DNA from: the human T2T-CHM13v2.0 reference genome, Homo sapiens
Length of the DNA: 64,000 nucleotides
Assembly: GCF_009914755.1 (NCBI RefSeq)
Contig: NC_060941.1
Reading direction: 5' to 3' (one strand)
The notes under the pieces were generated by a model that was not told the DNA's origin, did no database searches, and worked only from the letters and a program-made list of their open reading frames with translations. Positions 1 to 12,859 of this stretch are shown piece after piece. Position numbers and translations under genes: made by a program. The first letter of the stretch is position 1. The number at the start of each line of letters is the position of its first letter.

Positions 1-125
1 GCAGTCTCAGAATCTTCTTGTGATGTTTGCATTCAAATCCCAGAATTGAACCTTCCTTTGAAAGTTCAGGTTGGAAACACTCTTTTTGCAGGATCTACAA
101 GTGGATATTCGGACCACTCTGTGGA

Positions 126-142
126 CTTCGTTCGAAACGGGT
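126..142 (+). promoter_or_regulatory. CENP-B box, monomer m1 (CTTCGTTCGAAACGGGT); recurs in each HOR
   Basis: Matches the 9 essential bases NTTCGNNNNANNCGGGN. Broken in U8, U13-U16, U18 and U19. Confidence 0.9.
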
Positions 143-201
143 ATATCTTCACATAACATCTAGACAGAAGCATTCTCAGAAACTTTTCTGTGATGACTGC
201 A

Positions 202-220
202 TTCAACTCACAGAGTTGAA
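202..220. other. Alphoid dyad symmetry TTCAACTC-ACA-GAGTTGAA (8-bp stem, 3-nt loop), perfect in m2, m9 and m10
   Basis: Inverted repeat read directly from the sequence; a known conserved feature of alpha satellite. Confidence 0.85.
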
Positions 221-296
221 CACTCCTTTTGAGAGCGCAGTTTTGAAACTCTCTTTCTCTGGAATCTGCAAGGGGACATGCAGACCTCTTTAAAGG

Positions 297-313
297 TTTC
301 GTTGGAAACGGAA
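297..313 (+). promoter_or_regulatory. Degenerate CENP-B box, m2 (TTTCGTTGGAAACGGAA), predicted non-binding
   Basis: CGGG replaced by CGGA in the copies read. Confidence 0.8.
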
Positions 314-809
314 TCATCTTCACATAAAAATTACACAGAAGCATCCTCAGGAACTCCTTGGTGATGTTTGTATTCAACTTCCAGAGTTGAACTTTCCTTC
401 GGAAAGAGCAGCTATGAAACACTCTTTTTCTAGAATCTGCAAGTGGACATTGGGAGGGCTGTGAGGTTTGTGGTGGAAAAGGAAATATCTCCACATAAAT
501 ACTAGATAGAAGCCTTCTCAGAAACTCCTTTGTGATGATTGCATTCACCTCACGGAGTGGAGCATTCCTATTGACAGAGCAGTTTGGAAACACTCTTGTT
601 TTAGAATCTGCTAGTGGAGATTTGGAGCGCTTTGAGGCCTATGGTAGTAAAGGGAAGAGCTTCACATAAAATCTAGACAGAAGCATTCTCAGAAAATACT
701 TTGTGATGATTGAGTTTAACACACAGAGCTGAACATTCCTTTGGATGGAGAAGGTTTGAAACACACTTTCTGTAGAATCTGCGAGTGGATATTTGGACCT
801 CTCTGAGGA

Positions 810-826
810 TTTCGTTGGAAACGGGA
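810..826 (+). promoter_or_regulatory. Canonical CENP-B box, m5 (TTTCGTTGGAAACGGGA)
   Basis: Exact match to YTTCGTTGGAARCGGGA; broken in U25. Confidence 0.95.
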
Positions 827-975
827 TAACTGCACCTAACAAAACGGAAGCATTCTCACAAAATTCCTTGTGATGTTTGCATTCAAATCCCAGAGTTGAA
901 CCTTCCTTTGATAGTTCAGCTTTGAAACACTCTTTTTGTAGGATCTGCTGGTGGATATTTGGACCACTCTTTGGC

Positions 976-992
976 CTTCGTTCGAAACGGGT
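976..992 (+). promoter_or_regulatory. CENP-B box, m6 (CTTCGTTCGAAACGGGT)
   Basis: Essential bases intact; broken in U6, U7, U24 and U25. Confidence 0.9.
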
Positions 993-1146
993 ACATCTTC
1001 AAATAAAATCTAGACAGAAGCCTTCTCAGAAACTTCTCTGTGACGATTGCATTCAACTCAATGCGTTGAACCCTCCTATGGATAGAGCAGTTTTGAATCT
1101 CTCTTTTTGTGGAATCTGCAAGTGGATATGTGGTCCTCTTTGAAGA

Positions 1147-1163
1147 TGTCTTTGGAAACGGGA
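1147..1163 (+). promoter_or_regulatory. Degenerate CENP-B box, m7 (TGTCTTTGGAAACGGGA), predicted non-binding
   Basis: TTCG replaced by GTCT in the copies read. Confidence 0.8.
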
Positions 1164-1488
1164 ATATCTTCACATAAAAACTAAACAGAAGCATTCTCAG
1201 AAACTTCTCTGTGATGTTTGTGTTCAACTCACAGAGTTTCACGTTGCTTTTCATAGAGCAGATGAGAAACATGCTTTTCGTAGGGTCTGCAAGTGGACAT
1301 TTGGAGAGATTTCAGCCCTGTGGTGGAAAACGAATTATCGTCACGTAAAAACTAGAGAGAAGCATTGTCAGAAACTTGTTTGTGATGACTGCATTCAACT
1401 CACAGAGTTGAAGGTTCCTTTTCAAACAGCAGTTTCCAAACACTCTTTCTGTGGCATCTGCAAGTGGATGTTTGGGCCTCTTTGAAGA

Positions 1489-1505
1489 TTTCGTTGGAAA
1501 CGGGA
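1489..1505 (+). promoter_or_regulatory. Canonical CENP-B box, m9 (TTTCGTTGGAAACGGGA)
   Basis: Exact consensus match; broken in U6, U17 and U24. Confidence 0.95.
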
Positions 1506-2001
1506 TAATCTTCACAGAAAAGCTAAACAGAAGCATTCTCAGAAACTTCTTTGTGATGTTTGCTTTCAACTCACAGAGTTGAACTTTCCTTTTGAGAGAG
1601 AAGCTTTGAAACACTCTTTTTCTAGAATCTGCAAGTGGATATTTGGAGGGCTTTGAGGCCTGTGGTGGAAAAGGAATTATCTTCCCGTAAGAACTAGATA
1701 GATGCATTCTCAGAAACTACTTTGTGACGATTGCATTCAAGTCACAGAGGTGAACATTCCCTTTCAGAGAGCACTTTGGAAACTCTCGTTGTGTAGAATC
1801 TGCAAGTGGAGATATGGACCGCTTTGAGGCCTATGGTAGTAAAGGAAACAGCTTCATATAAAAACTAGACAGCAGCATTCTCAGAAAACTCTTTGTGACG
1901 ACTGAGTTTAACTCACAGGGCTGAACATTCCTTTGGATGGAGCAGTTTGGAAACACACTATCTGTAGGATCTGCAAGCGGATACTTGGGCCTCTCTGAGG
2001 A

Positions 2002-2018
2002 TTTCGTTGGAAACGGAA
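2002..2018 (+). promoter_or_regulatory. Polymorphic CENP-B box, m12 (CGGAA broken here; CGGGA intact in about half of the copies)
   Basis: U1 reads TTTCGTTGGAAACGGAA, whereas U7 (about 16276-16292) reads TTTCGTTGGAAACGGGA. Confidence 0.88.
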
Positions 2019-2339
2019 TAAACCGCACAGAACTAAACAGAAGCATTCTCAGAACCTTCTTCGTGATGTTTGCATTCAACCCACAGTGTTGAACCTTTCT
2101 TTGATAGTTCAGGTTTGAAACACTCTTTTTGTAGAAACTGCAGGTGGATAACTGCACTTCTTTGAGGCCTATCGTAGTAAAGGAAATAACTTCCTATAAA
2201 AACAAGACAGAAGCTTTCTCAGAAAATTCTCTGGGATGATTGAGTTGAACTCACAGAGCAGTACTTTCCTTGGGATGGAGTAGTTTCGAAACACACTTTC
2301 TGTAGAATCTGCAAGTGGATATTTGGACCTGTCTGAGGA

Positions 2340-2356
2340 ATTCGTTGCAAACGGGA
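2340..2356 (+). promoter_or_regulatory. CENP-B box, m14 (ATTCGTTGCAAACGGGA), overlapping the HOR-defining EcoRI site
   Basis: Essential bases intact; GAATTC at 2338-2343 is the only EcoRI site I found in the consensus unit. Confidence 0.88.
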
Positions 2357-3150
2357 TAATTTCAGCTAAGTAAACAGAAGCAGTCTCAGAATCTTCTTGT
2401 GATGTTTGCATTCAAATCCCAGAATGAAACCTTCCTTTGAAAGTTCAGGTTGGAAACACTCTTTTTGCAGGATCTACAAGTGGATATTCGGACCACTCTG
2501 TGGACTTCGTTCGAAACGGGTATATCTTCACATAACATCTAGACAGAAGCATTCTCAGAAACTTTTCTGTGATGACTGCATTCAACTCACAGAGTTGAAC
2601 ACTCCTTTTGAGAGCGCAGTTTGGAAACTCTCTTTCTCTGGAATCTGCAAGGGGACATGCAGACCTCTTTGAAGGTTTCGTTGGAAACGGAATCATCTTC
2701 ACATAAAAATTACACAGAAGCATCCTCAGGAACTCCTTGGTGATGTTTGTATTCAACTTCCAGAGTTGAACTTTCCTTCGGAAAGAGCAGCTATGAAACA
2801 CTCTTTTTCTAGAATCTGCAAGTGGACATTGGGAGGGCTGTGAGGTTTGTGGTGGAAAAGGAAATATCTCCACATAAATACTAGATAGAAGCCTTCTCAG
2901 AAACTACTTTGTGATGATTGCATTCACCTCACGGAGTGGAGCATTCCTATTGACAGAGCAGTTTGGAAACACTCTTGTTGTAGAATCTGCTAGTGGAGAT
3001 TTGGAGCGCTTTGAGGCCTATGGTAGTAAAGGGAAGAGCTTCACATAAAATCTAGACAGAAGCATTCTCAGAAAATACTTTGTGATGATTGAGTTTAACA
3101 CACAGAGCTGAACATTCCTTTGGATGGAGAAGGTTTGAAACACACTTTCT

Positions 3151-6100
3151 ATAGAATCTGCGAGTGGATATTTGGACCTCTCTGAGGATTTCGTTGGAAA
3201 CGGGATAACTGCACCTAACTAAACGGAAGCATTCTCACAAAATTCTTTGTGATGTTTGCATTCAAATCCCAGAGTTGAACCTTCCTTTGATAGTTCAGCT
3301 TTGAAACACTCTTTTTGTAGGATCTGCAGGTGGATATTTGGACCACTCTTTGGCCTTCGTTCGAAACGGGTACATCTTCAAATAAAATCTAGACAGAAGC
3401 CTTCTCAGTAACTTCTCTGTGACGATTGCATTCAACTCAAAGCGTTGAACCCTCCTATGGATAGAGCAGTTTTGAATCTCTCTTTTTGTGGAATCTTCAA
3501 GTGGATGTGTGGTCCTCTTTGAAGATGTCTTTGGAAACAGGAATATCTTCACAGAAAAACTAAACAGAAGCATTCTCAGAAACTTCTCTGTGATGTTTGT
3601 GTTCAACTCACAGAGTTTCACGTTGCTTTTCATAGAGCAGATGAGAAACATGCTTTTCGTAGGGTCTGCAAGTGGACATTTGGAGAGATTTCAGCCCTGT
3701 GGTGGAAAACGAATTATCGTCACGTAAAAACTAGAGAGAAGCATTGTCAGAAACTTGTTTGTGATGACTGCATTCAACTCACAGAGTTGAAGGTTCCTTT
3801 TCAAACAGCAGTTTCCAAACACTCTTTCTGTGGCATCTGCAAGTGGATGTTTGGGCCTCTTTGAAGATTTCGTTGGAAACGGGATAATCTTCACAGAAAA
3901 GCTAAACAGAAGCATTCTCAGAAACTTCTTTGTGATGTTTGCTTTCAACTCACAGAGTTGAACTTTCCTTTTGAGAGAGAAGCTTTGAAACACTCTTTTT
4001 CTAGAATCTGCAAGTGGATATTTGGAGGGCTTTGAGGCCTGTGGTGGAAAAGGAATTATCTTCCCGTAAGAACTAGATAGATGCATTCTCAGAAACTACT
4101 TTGTGACGATTGCATTCAAGTCACAGAGGTGAACATTCCCTTTCAGAGAGCACTTTGGAAACTCTCGTTGTGTAGAATCTGCAAGTGGAGATATGGACCG
4201 CTTTGAGGCCTATGGTAGTAAAGGAAACAGCTTCATATAAAAACTAGACAGCAGCATTCTCAGAAAACTCTTTGTGACGACTGAGTTTAACTCACAGGGC
4301 TGAACATTCCTTTGGATGGAGCAGTTTGGAAACACACTATCTGTAGGATCTGCAAGCGGATACTTGGGCCTCTCTGAGGATTGCGTTGGAAACGGAATAA
4401 ACCGCACAGAACTAAACAGAAGCATTCTCAGAACCTTCTTCGTGATGTTTGCATTCAACCCACAGTGTTGAACCTTTCTTTGATAGTTCAGGTTTGAAAC
4501 ACTCTTTTTGTAGAAACTGCAGGTGGATAACTGCACTTCTTTGAGGCCTATCGTAGTAAAGGAAATAACTTCCTATAAAAACAAGACAGAAGCTTTCTCA
4601 GAAAATTCTCTGGGATGATTGAGTTGAACTCACAGAGCAGTACTTTCCTTGGGATGGAGTAGTTTCGAAACACACTTTCTGTAGAATCTGCAAGTGGATA
4701 TTTGGACCTGTCTGAGGAATTCGTTGCAAACGGGATAATTTCAGCTAAGTAAACAGAAGCAGTCTCAGAATCTTCTTGTGATGTTTGCATTCAAATCCCA
4801 GAATGGAACCTTCCTTTGAAAGTTCAGGTTGGAAACACTCTTTTTGCAGGATCTACAAGTGGATATTCGGACCACTCTGTGGACTTCGTTCGAAACGGGT
4901 ATATCTTCACATAACATCTAGACAGAAGCATTCTCAGAAACTTTTCTGTGATGACTGCATTCAACTCACAGAGTTGAACACTCCTTTTGAGAGCGCAGTT
5001 TGGAAACTCTCTTTCTCTGGAATCTGCAAGGGGACATGCAGACCTCTTTGAAGGTTTCGTTGGAAACGGAATCATCTTCACATAAAAATTACACAGAAGC
5101 ATCCTCAGGAACTCCTTGGTGATGTTTGTATTCAACTTCCAGAGTTGAACTTTCCTTCGGAAAGAGCAGCTATGAAACACTCTTTTTCTAGAATCTGCAA
5201 GTGGACATTGGGAGGGCTGTGAGGTTTGTGGTGGAAAAGGAAATATCTCCACATAAATACTAGATAGAAGCCTTCTCAGAAACTACTTTGTGATGATTGC
5301 ATTCACCTCACGGAGTGGAGCATTCCTATTGACAGAGCAGTTTGGAAACACTCTTGTTGTAGAATCTGCTAGTGGAGATTTGGAGCGCTTTGAGGCCTAT
5401 GGTAGTAAAGGGAAGAGCTTCACATAAAATCTAGACAGAAGCATTCTCAGAAAATACTTTGTGATGATTGAGTTTAACACACAGATCTGAACATTCCTTT
5501 GGATGGAGAAGGTTTGAAACACACTTTCTATAGAATCTGCGAGTGGATATTTGGACCTCTCTGAGGATTTCGTTGGAAACGGGATAACTGCACCTAACTA
5601 AACGGAAGCATTCTCACAAAATTCTTTGTGATGTTTGCATTCAAATCCCAGAGTTGAACCTTCCTTTGATAGTTCAGCTTTGAAACACTCTTTTTGTAGG
5701 ATCTGCTGGTGGATATTTGGACCACTCTTTGGCCTTCGTTCGAAACGGGTACATCTTCAAATAAAATCTAGACAGAAGCCTTCTCAGTAACTTCTCTGTG
5801 ACGATTGCATTCAACTCAAAGCGTTGAACCCTCCTATGGATAGAGCAGTTTTGAATCTCTCTTTTTGTGGAATCTTCAAGTGGATGTGTGGTCCTCTTTG
5901 AAGATGTCTTTGGAAACGGGAATATCTTCACAGAAATACTAAACAGAAGCATTCTCAGAAACTTCTCTGTGATGTTTGTGTTCAACTCACAGAGTTTCAC
6001 CTTGCTTTTCATAGAGCAGATGAGAAACATGCTTTTCGTAGTGTCTGCAAGTGGACATTTGGAGAGCTTTCAGGCCTGTGGTGGAAAACGAATTATCGTC

Positions 6101-9100
6101 ACGTAAAAACTAGAGAGAAGCATTGTCAGAAACTTGTTTGTGATGACTGCATTCAACTCACAGAGTTGAAGGTTCCTTTTCAAACAGCAGTTTCCAAACA
6201 CTCTTTCTGTGGCATCTGCAAGTGGATGTTTGGGCCTCTTTGAAGATTTCGTTGGAAACGGGATAATCTTCACAGAAAAGCTAAACAGAAGCATTCTCAG
6301 AAACTTCTTTGTGATGTTTGCTTTCAACTCACAGAGTTGAACTTTCCTTTTGAGAGAGAAGCTTTGAAACACTCTTTTTCTAGAATCTGCAAGTGGATAT
6401 TTGGAGGGCTTTGAGGCCTGTGGTGGAAAAGGAATTATCTTCCCGTAAGAACTAGATAGATGCATTCTCAGAAACTACTTTGTGACGATTGCATTCAAGT
6501 CACAGAGGTGAACATTCCCTTTCAGAGAGCACTTTGGAAACTCTCGTTGTGTAGAATCTGCAAGTGGAGATATGGACCGCTTTGAGGCCTATGGTAGTAA
6601 AGGAAACAGCTTCATATAAAAACTAGACAGCAGCATTCTCAGAAAACTCTTTGTGACGACTGAGTTTAACTCACAGGGCTGAACATTCCTTTGGATGGAG
6701 CAGTTTGGAAACACACTATCTGTAGGATCTGCAAGCGGATACTTGGGCCTCTCTGAGGATTTCGTTGGAAACGGAATAAACCGCACAGAACTAAACAGAA
6801 GCATTCTCAGAACCTTCTTCGTGATGTTTGCATTCAACCCACAGTGTTGAACCTTTCTTTGATAGTTCAGGTTTGAAACACTCTTTTTGTAGAAACTGCA
6901 AGTGGATAACTGCACTTCTTTGAGGCCTATCGTAGTAAAGGAAATAACTTCCTATAAAAACAAGACAGAAGCTTTCTCAGAAAATTCTCTGGGATGATTG
7001 AGTTGAACTCACAGAGCAGTACTTTCCTTGGGATGGAGTAGTTTCGAAACACACTTTCTGTAGAATCTGCAAGTGGATATTTGGACCTGTCTGAGGAATT
7101 CGTTGCAAACGGGATAATTTCAGCTAAGTAAACAGAAGCAGTCTCAGAATCTTCTTGTGATGTTTGCATTCAAATCCCAGAATTGAACCTTCCTTTGAAA
7201 GTTCAGGTTGGAAACACTCTTTTTGCAGGATCTACAAGTGGATATTCGGACCACTCTGTGGACTTCGTTCGAAACGGGTATATCTTCACATAACATCTAG
7301 ACAGAAGCATTCTCAGAAACTTTTCTGTGATGACTGCATTCAACTCACAGAGTTGAACACTCCTTTTGAGAGCGCAGTTTTGAAACTCTCTTTCTCTGGA
7401 ATCTGCAAGGGGACATGCAGACCTCTTTGAAGGTTTCGTTGGAAACGGAATCATCTTCACATAAAAATTACACAGAAGCATCCTCAGGAACTCCTTGGTG
7501 ATGTTTGTATTCAACTTCCAGAGTTGAACTTTCCTTCGGAAAGAGCAGCTATGAAACACTCTTTTTCTAGAATCTGCAAGTGGACATTTGGAGGGCTGTG
7601 AGGTTTGTGGTGGAAAAGGAAATATCTCCACATAAATACTAGATAGAAGCCTTCTCAGAAACTACTTTGTGATGATTGCATTCACCTCACGGAGTGGAGC
7701 ATTCCTATTGACAGAGCAGTTTGGAAACACTCTTGTTGTAGAATCTGCTAGTGGAGATTTGGAGCGCTTTGAGGCCTATGGTAGTAAAGGGAAGAGCTTC
7801 ACATAAAATCTAGACAGAAGCATTCTCAGAAAATACTTTGTGATGATTGAGTTTAACACACAGAGCTGAACATTCCTTTGGATGGAGAAGGTTTGAAACA
7901 CACTTTCTATAGAATCTGCGAGTGGATATTTTGACCTCTCTGAGGATTTCGTTGGAAACGGGATAACTGCACCTAACTAAACGGAAGCATTCTCACAAAA
8001 TTCTTTGTGATGTTTGCATTCAAATCCCAGAGTTGAACCTTCCTTTGATAGTTCAGCTTTGAAACACTCTTTTTGTAGGATCTGCAGGTGGATATTTGGA
8101 CCACTCTTTGGCCTTCGTTCGAAACGGGTACATCTTCAAATAAAATCTAGACAGAAGCCTTCTCAGTAACTTCTCTGTGACGATTGCATTCAACTCAAAG
8201 CGTTGAACCCTCCTATGGATAGAGCAGTTTTGAATCTCTCTTTTTGTGGAATCTTCAAGTGGATGTGTGGTCCTCTTTGAAGATGTCTTTGGAAACGGGA
8301 ATATCTTCACAGAAAAACTAAACAGAAGCATTCTCAGAAACTTCTCTGTGATGTTTGTGTTCAACTCACAGAGTTTCACGTTGCTTTTCATAGAGCAGAT
8401 GAGAAACATGCTTTTCGTAGGGTCTGCAAGTGGACATTTGGAGAGATTTCAGCCCTGTGGTGGAAAACGAATTATCGTCACGTAAAAACTAGAGAGAAGC
8501 ATTGTCAGAAACTTGTTTGTGATGACTGCATTCAACTCACAGAGTTGAAGGTTCCTTTTCAAACAGCAGTTTCCAAACACTCTTTCTGTGGCATCTGCAA
8601 GTGGATGTTTGGGCCTCTTTGAAGATTTCGTTGGAAACGGGATAATCTTCACAGAAAAGCTAAACAGAAGCATTCTCAGAAACTTCTTTGTGATGTTTGC
8701 TTTCAACTCACAGAGTTGAACTTTCCTTTTGAGAGAGAAGCTTTGAAACACTCTTTTTCTAGAATCTGCAAGTGGATATTTGGAGGGCTTTGAGGCCTGT
8801 GGTGGAAAAGGAATTATCTTCCCGTAAGAACTAGATAGATGCATTCTCAGAAACTACTTTGTGACGATTGCATTCAAGTCACAGAGGTGAACATTCCCTT
8901 TCAGAGAGCACTTTGGAAACTCTCGTTGTGTAGAATCTGCAAGTGGAGATATGGACCGCTTTGAGGCCTATGGTAGTAAAGGAAACAGCTTCATATAAAA
9001 ACTAGACAGCAGCATTCTCAGAAAACTCTTTGTGACGACTGAGTTTAACTCACAGGGCTGAACATTCCTTTGGATGGAGCAGTTTGGAAACACACTATCT

Positions 9101-12100
9101 GTAGGATCTGCAAGCGGATACTTGGGCCTCTCTGAGGATTTCGTTGGAAACGGAATAAACCGCACAGAACTAAACAGAAGCATTCTCAGAACCTTCTTCG
9201 TGATGTTTGCATTCAACCCACAGTGTTGAACCTTTCTTTGATAGTTCAGGTTTGAAACACTCTTTTTGTAGAAACTGCAGGTGGATAACTGCACTTCTTT
9301 GAGGCCTATCGTAGTAAAGGAAATAACTTCCTATAAAAACAAGACAGAAGCTTTCTCAGAAAATTCTCTGGGATGATTGAGTTGAACTCACAGAGCAGTA
9401 CTTTCCTTGGGATGGAGTAGTTTCGAAACACACTTTCTGTAGAATCTGCAAGTGGATATTTGGACCTGTCTGAGGAATTCGTTGCAAACGGGATAATTTC
9501 AGCTAAGTAAACAGAAGCAGTCTCAGAATCTTCTTGTGATGTTTGCATTCAAATCCCAGAATGGAACCTTCCTTTGAAAGTTCAGGTTGGAAACACTCTT
9601 TTTGCAGGATCTACAAGTGGATATTCGGACCACTCTGTGGACTTCGTTCGAAACGGGTATATCTTCACATAACATCTAGACAGAAGCATTCTCAGAAACT
9701 TTTCTGTGATGACTGCATTCAACTCACAGAGTTGAACACTCCTTTTGAGAGCGCAGTTTGGAAACTCTCTTTCTCTGGAATCTGCAAGGGGACATGCAGA
9801 CCTCTTTGAAGGTTTCGTTGGAAACGGAATCATCTTCACATAAAAATTACACAGAAGCATCCTCAGGAACTCCTTGGTGATGTTTGTATTCAACTTCCAG
9901 AGTTGAACTTTCCTTCGGAAAGAGCAGCTATGAAACACTCTTTTTCTAGAATCTGCAAGTGGACATTGGGAGGGCTGTGAGGTTTGTGGTGGAAAAGGAA
10001 ATATCTCCACATAAATACTAGATAGAAGCCTTCTCAGAAACTACTTTGTGATGATTGCATTCACCTCACGGAATGGAGCATTCCTATTGACAGAGCAGTT
10101 TGGAAACACTCTTGTTGTAGAATCTGCTAGTGGAGATTTGGAGCGCTTTGAGGCCTATGGTAGTAAAGGGAAGAGCTTCACATAAAATCTAGACAGAAGC
10201 ATTCTCAGAAAATACTTTGTGATGATTGAGTTTAACACACAGAGCTGAACATTCCTTTGGATGGAGAAGGTTTGAAACACACTTTCTATAGAATCTGCGA
10301 GTGGATATTTGGACCTCTCTGAGGATTTCGTTGGAAACGGGATAACTGCACCTAACTAAACGGAAGCATTCTCACAAAATTCTTTGTGATGTTTGCATTC
10401 AAATCCCAGAGTTGAACCTTCCTTTGATAGTTCAGCTTTGAAACACTCTTTTTGTAGGATCTGCAGGTGGATATTTGGACCACTCTTTGGCCTTCGTTCG
10501 AAACGGGTACATCTTCAAATAAAATCTAGACAGAAGCCTTCTCAGTAACTTCTCTGTGACGATTGCATTCAACTCAAAGCGTTGAACCCTCCTATGGATA
10601 GAGCAGTTTTGAATCTCTCTTTTTGTGGAATCTTCAAGTGGATGTGTGGTCCTCTTTGAAGATGTCTTTGGAAACGGGAATATCTTCACAGAAAAACTAA
10701 ACAGAAGCATTCTCAGAAACTTCTCTGTGATGTTTGTGTTCAACTCACAGAGTTTCACGATGCTTTTCATAGAGCAGATGAGAAACATGCTTTTCGTAGG
10801 GTCTGCAAGTGGACATTTGGAGAGCTTTCAGGCCTGTGGTGGAAAACGAATTATCGTCACGTAAAAACTAGAGAGAAGCATTGTCAGAAACTTGTTTGTG
10901 ATGACTGCATTCAACTCACAGAGTTGAAGGTTCCTTTTCAAACAGCAGTTTCCAAACACTCTTTCTGTGGCATCTGCAAGTGGATGTTTGGGCCTCTTTG
11001 AAGATTTCGTTGGAAACGGGATAATCTTCACAGAAAAGCTAAACAGAAGCATTCTCAGAAACTTCTTTGTGATGTTTGCTTTCAACTCACAGAGTTGAAC
11101 TTTCCTTTTGAGAGAGAAGCTTTGAAACACTCTTTTTCTAGAATCTGCAAGTGGATATTTGGAGGGCTTTGAGGCCTGTGGTGGAAAAGGAATTATCTTC
11201 CCGTAGGAACTAGATAGATGCATTCTCAGAAACTACTTTATGACGATTGCATTCAAGTCACAGAGGTGAACATTCCCTTTCAGAGAGCACTTTGGAAACT
11301 CTCGTTGTGTAGAATCTGCAAGTGGAGATATGGACCGCTTTGAGGCCTATGGTAGTAAAGGAAACAGCTTCATATAAAAACTAGACAGCAGCATTCTCAG
11401 AAAACTCTTTGTGACGACTGAGTTTAACTCACAGGGCTGAACATTCCTTTGGATGGAGCAGTTTGGAAACACACTATCTGTAGGATCTGCAAGCGGATAC
11501 TTGGGCCTCTCTGAGGATTTCGTTGGAAACGGAATAAACCGCACAGAACTAAACAGAAGCATTCTCAGAACCTTCTTCGTGATGTTTGCATTCAACCCAC
11601 AGTGTTGAACCTTTCTTTGATAGTTCAGGTTTGAAACACTCTTTTTGTAGAAACTGCAAGTGGATAACTGCACTTCTTTGAGGCCTATCGTAGTAAAGGA
11701 AATAACTTCCTATAAAAACAAGACAGAAGCTTTCTCAGAAAATTCTCTGGGATGATTGAGTTGAACTCACAGAGCAGTACTTTCCTTGGGATGGAGTAGT
11801 TTCGAAACACACTTTCTGTAGAATCTGCAAGTGGATATTTGGACCTGTCTGAGGAATTCGTTGCAAACGGGATAATTTCAGCTAAGTAAACAGAAGCAGT
11901 CTCAGAATCTTCTTGTGATGTTTGCATTCAAATCCCAGAATTGAACCTTCCTTTGAAAGTTCAGGTTGGAAACACTCTTTTTGCAGGATCTACAAGTGGA
12001 TATTCGGACCACTCTGTGGACTTCGTTCGAAACGGGTATATCTTCACATAACATCTAGACAGAAGCATTCTCAGAAACTTTTCTGTGATGACTGCATTCA

Positions 12101-12347
12101 ACTCACAGAGTTGAACACTCCTTTTGAGAGCGCAGTTTTGAAACTCTCTTTCTCTGGAATCTGCAAGGGGACATGCAGACCTCTTTGAAGGTTTCGTTGG
12201 AAACGGAATCATCTTCACATAAAAATTACACAGAAGCATCCTCAGGAACTCCTTGGTGATGTTTGTATTCAACTTCCAGAGTTGAACTTTCCTTCGGAAA
12301 GAGCAGCTATGAAACACTCTTTTTCTAGAATCTGCAAGTGGACATTT
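3151..12347 (+). repeat. Tandem duplication of a 2-HOR block (4758-bp period), U2-U4 / U4-U6
   Basis: Paired variants 4758 bp apart: CAGCCCTG (U2/U4), CAGGTGGATAA (U2/U4), AATGGAACC (U3/U5), GAGCTTTC (U3/U5), GACATTTGGAGGGCTG (7589/12347). Confidence 0.8.
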
Positions 12348-12859
12348 GGAGGGCTGTGAGGTTTGTGGTGGAAAAGGAAATATCTCCACATAAATACTAG
12401 ATAGAAGCCTTCTCAGAAACTACTTTGTGATGATTGCATTCACCTCACGGAGTGGAGCATTCCTATTGACAGAGCAGTTTGGAAACACTCTTGTTGTAGA
12501 ATCTGCTAGTGGAGATTTGGAGCGCTTTGAGGCCTATGGTAGTAAAGGGAAGAGCTTCACATAAAATCTAGACAGAAGCATTCTCAGAAAATACTTTGTG
12601 ATGATTGAGTTTAACACACAGAGCTGAACATTCCTTTGGATGGAGAAGGTTTGAAACACACTTTCTGTAGAATCTGCGAGTGGATATTTGGACCTCTCTG
12701 AGGATTTCGTTGGAAACGGGATAACTGCACCTAACTAAACGGAAGCATTCTCACAAAATTCTTTGTGATGTTTGCATTCAAATCCCAGAGTTGAACCTTC
12801 CTTTGATAGTTCAGCTTTGAAACACTCTTTTTGTAGGATCTGCAGGTGGATATTTGGAC

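Larger units (their letters stand above)
2..2380 (+). repeat. Reference HOR unit U1: 14 monomers (m1-m14) starting at 2, 171, 342, 513, 684, 851, 1021, 1192, 1363, 1534, 1705, 1876, 2044, 2214
   Basis: Monomer starts taken at the CATTCTCAG-like motif. Lengths 169,171,171,171,167,170,171,171,171,171,171,168,170,167 sum to 2379. Inferred class order: W2 W3 W4 W5 W1 W2 W3 W4 W3 W4 W5 W1 (W2/W5 hybrid) W1. Confidence 0.9.

Noticed and set aside
2190-2205. TATA-like CCTATAAAAA in m13 as a promoter
   Set aside because: It is a variant of the A-rich CATAAAAA tract present in every monomer, with no other promoter evidence in the sequence.
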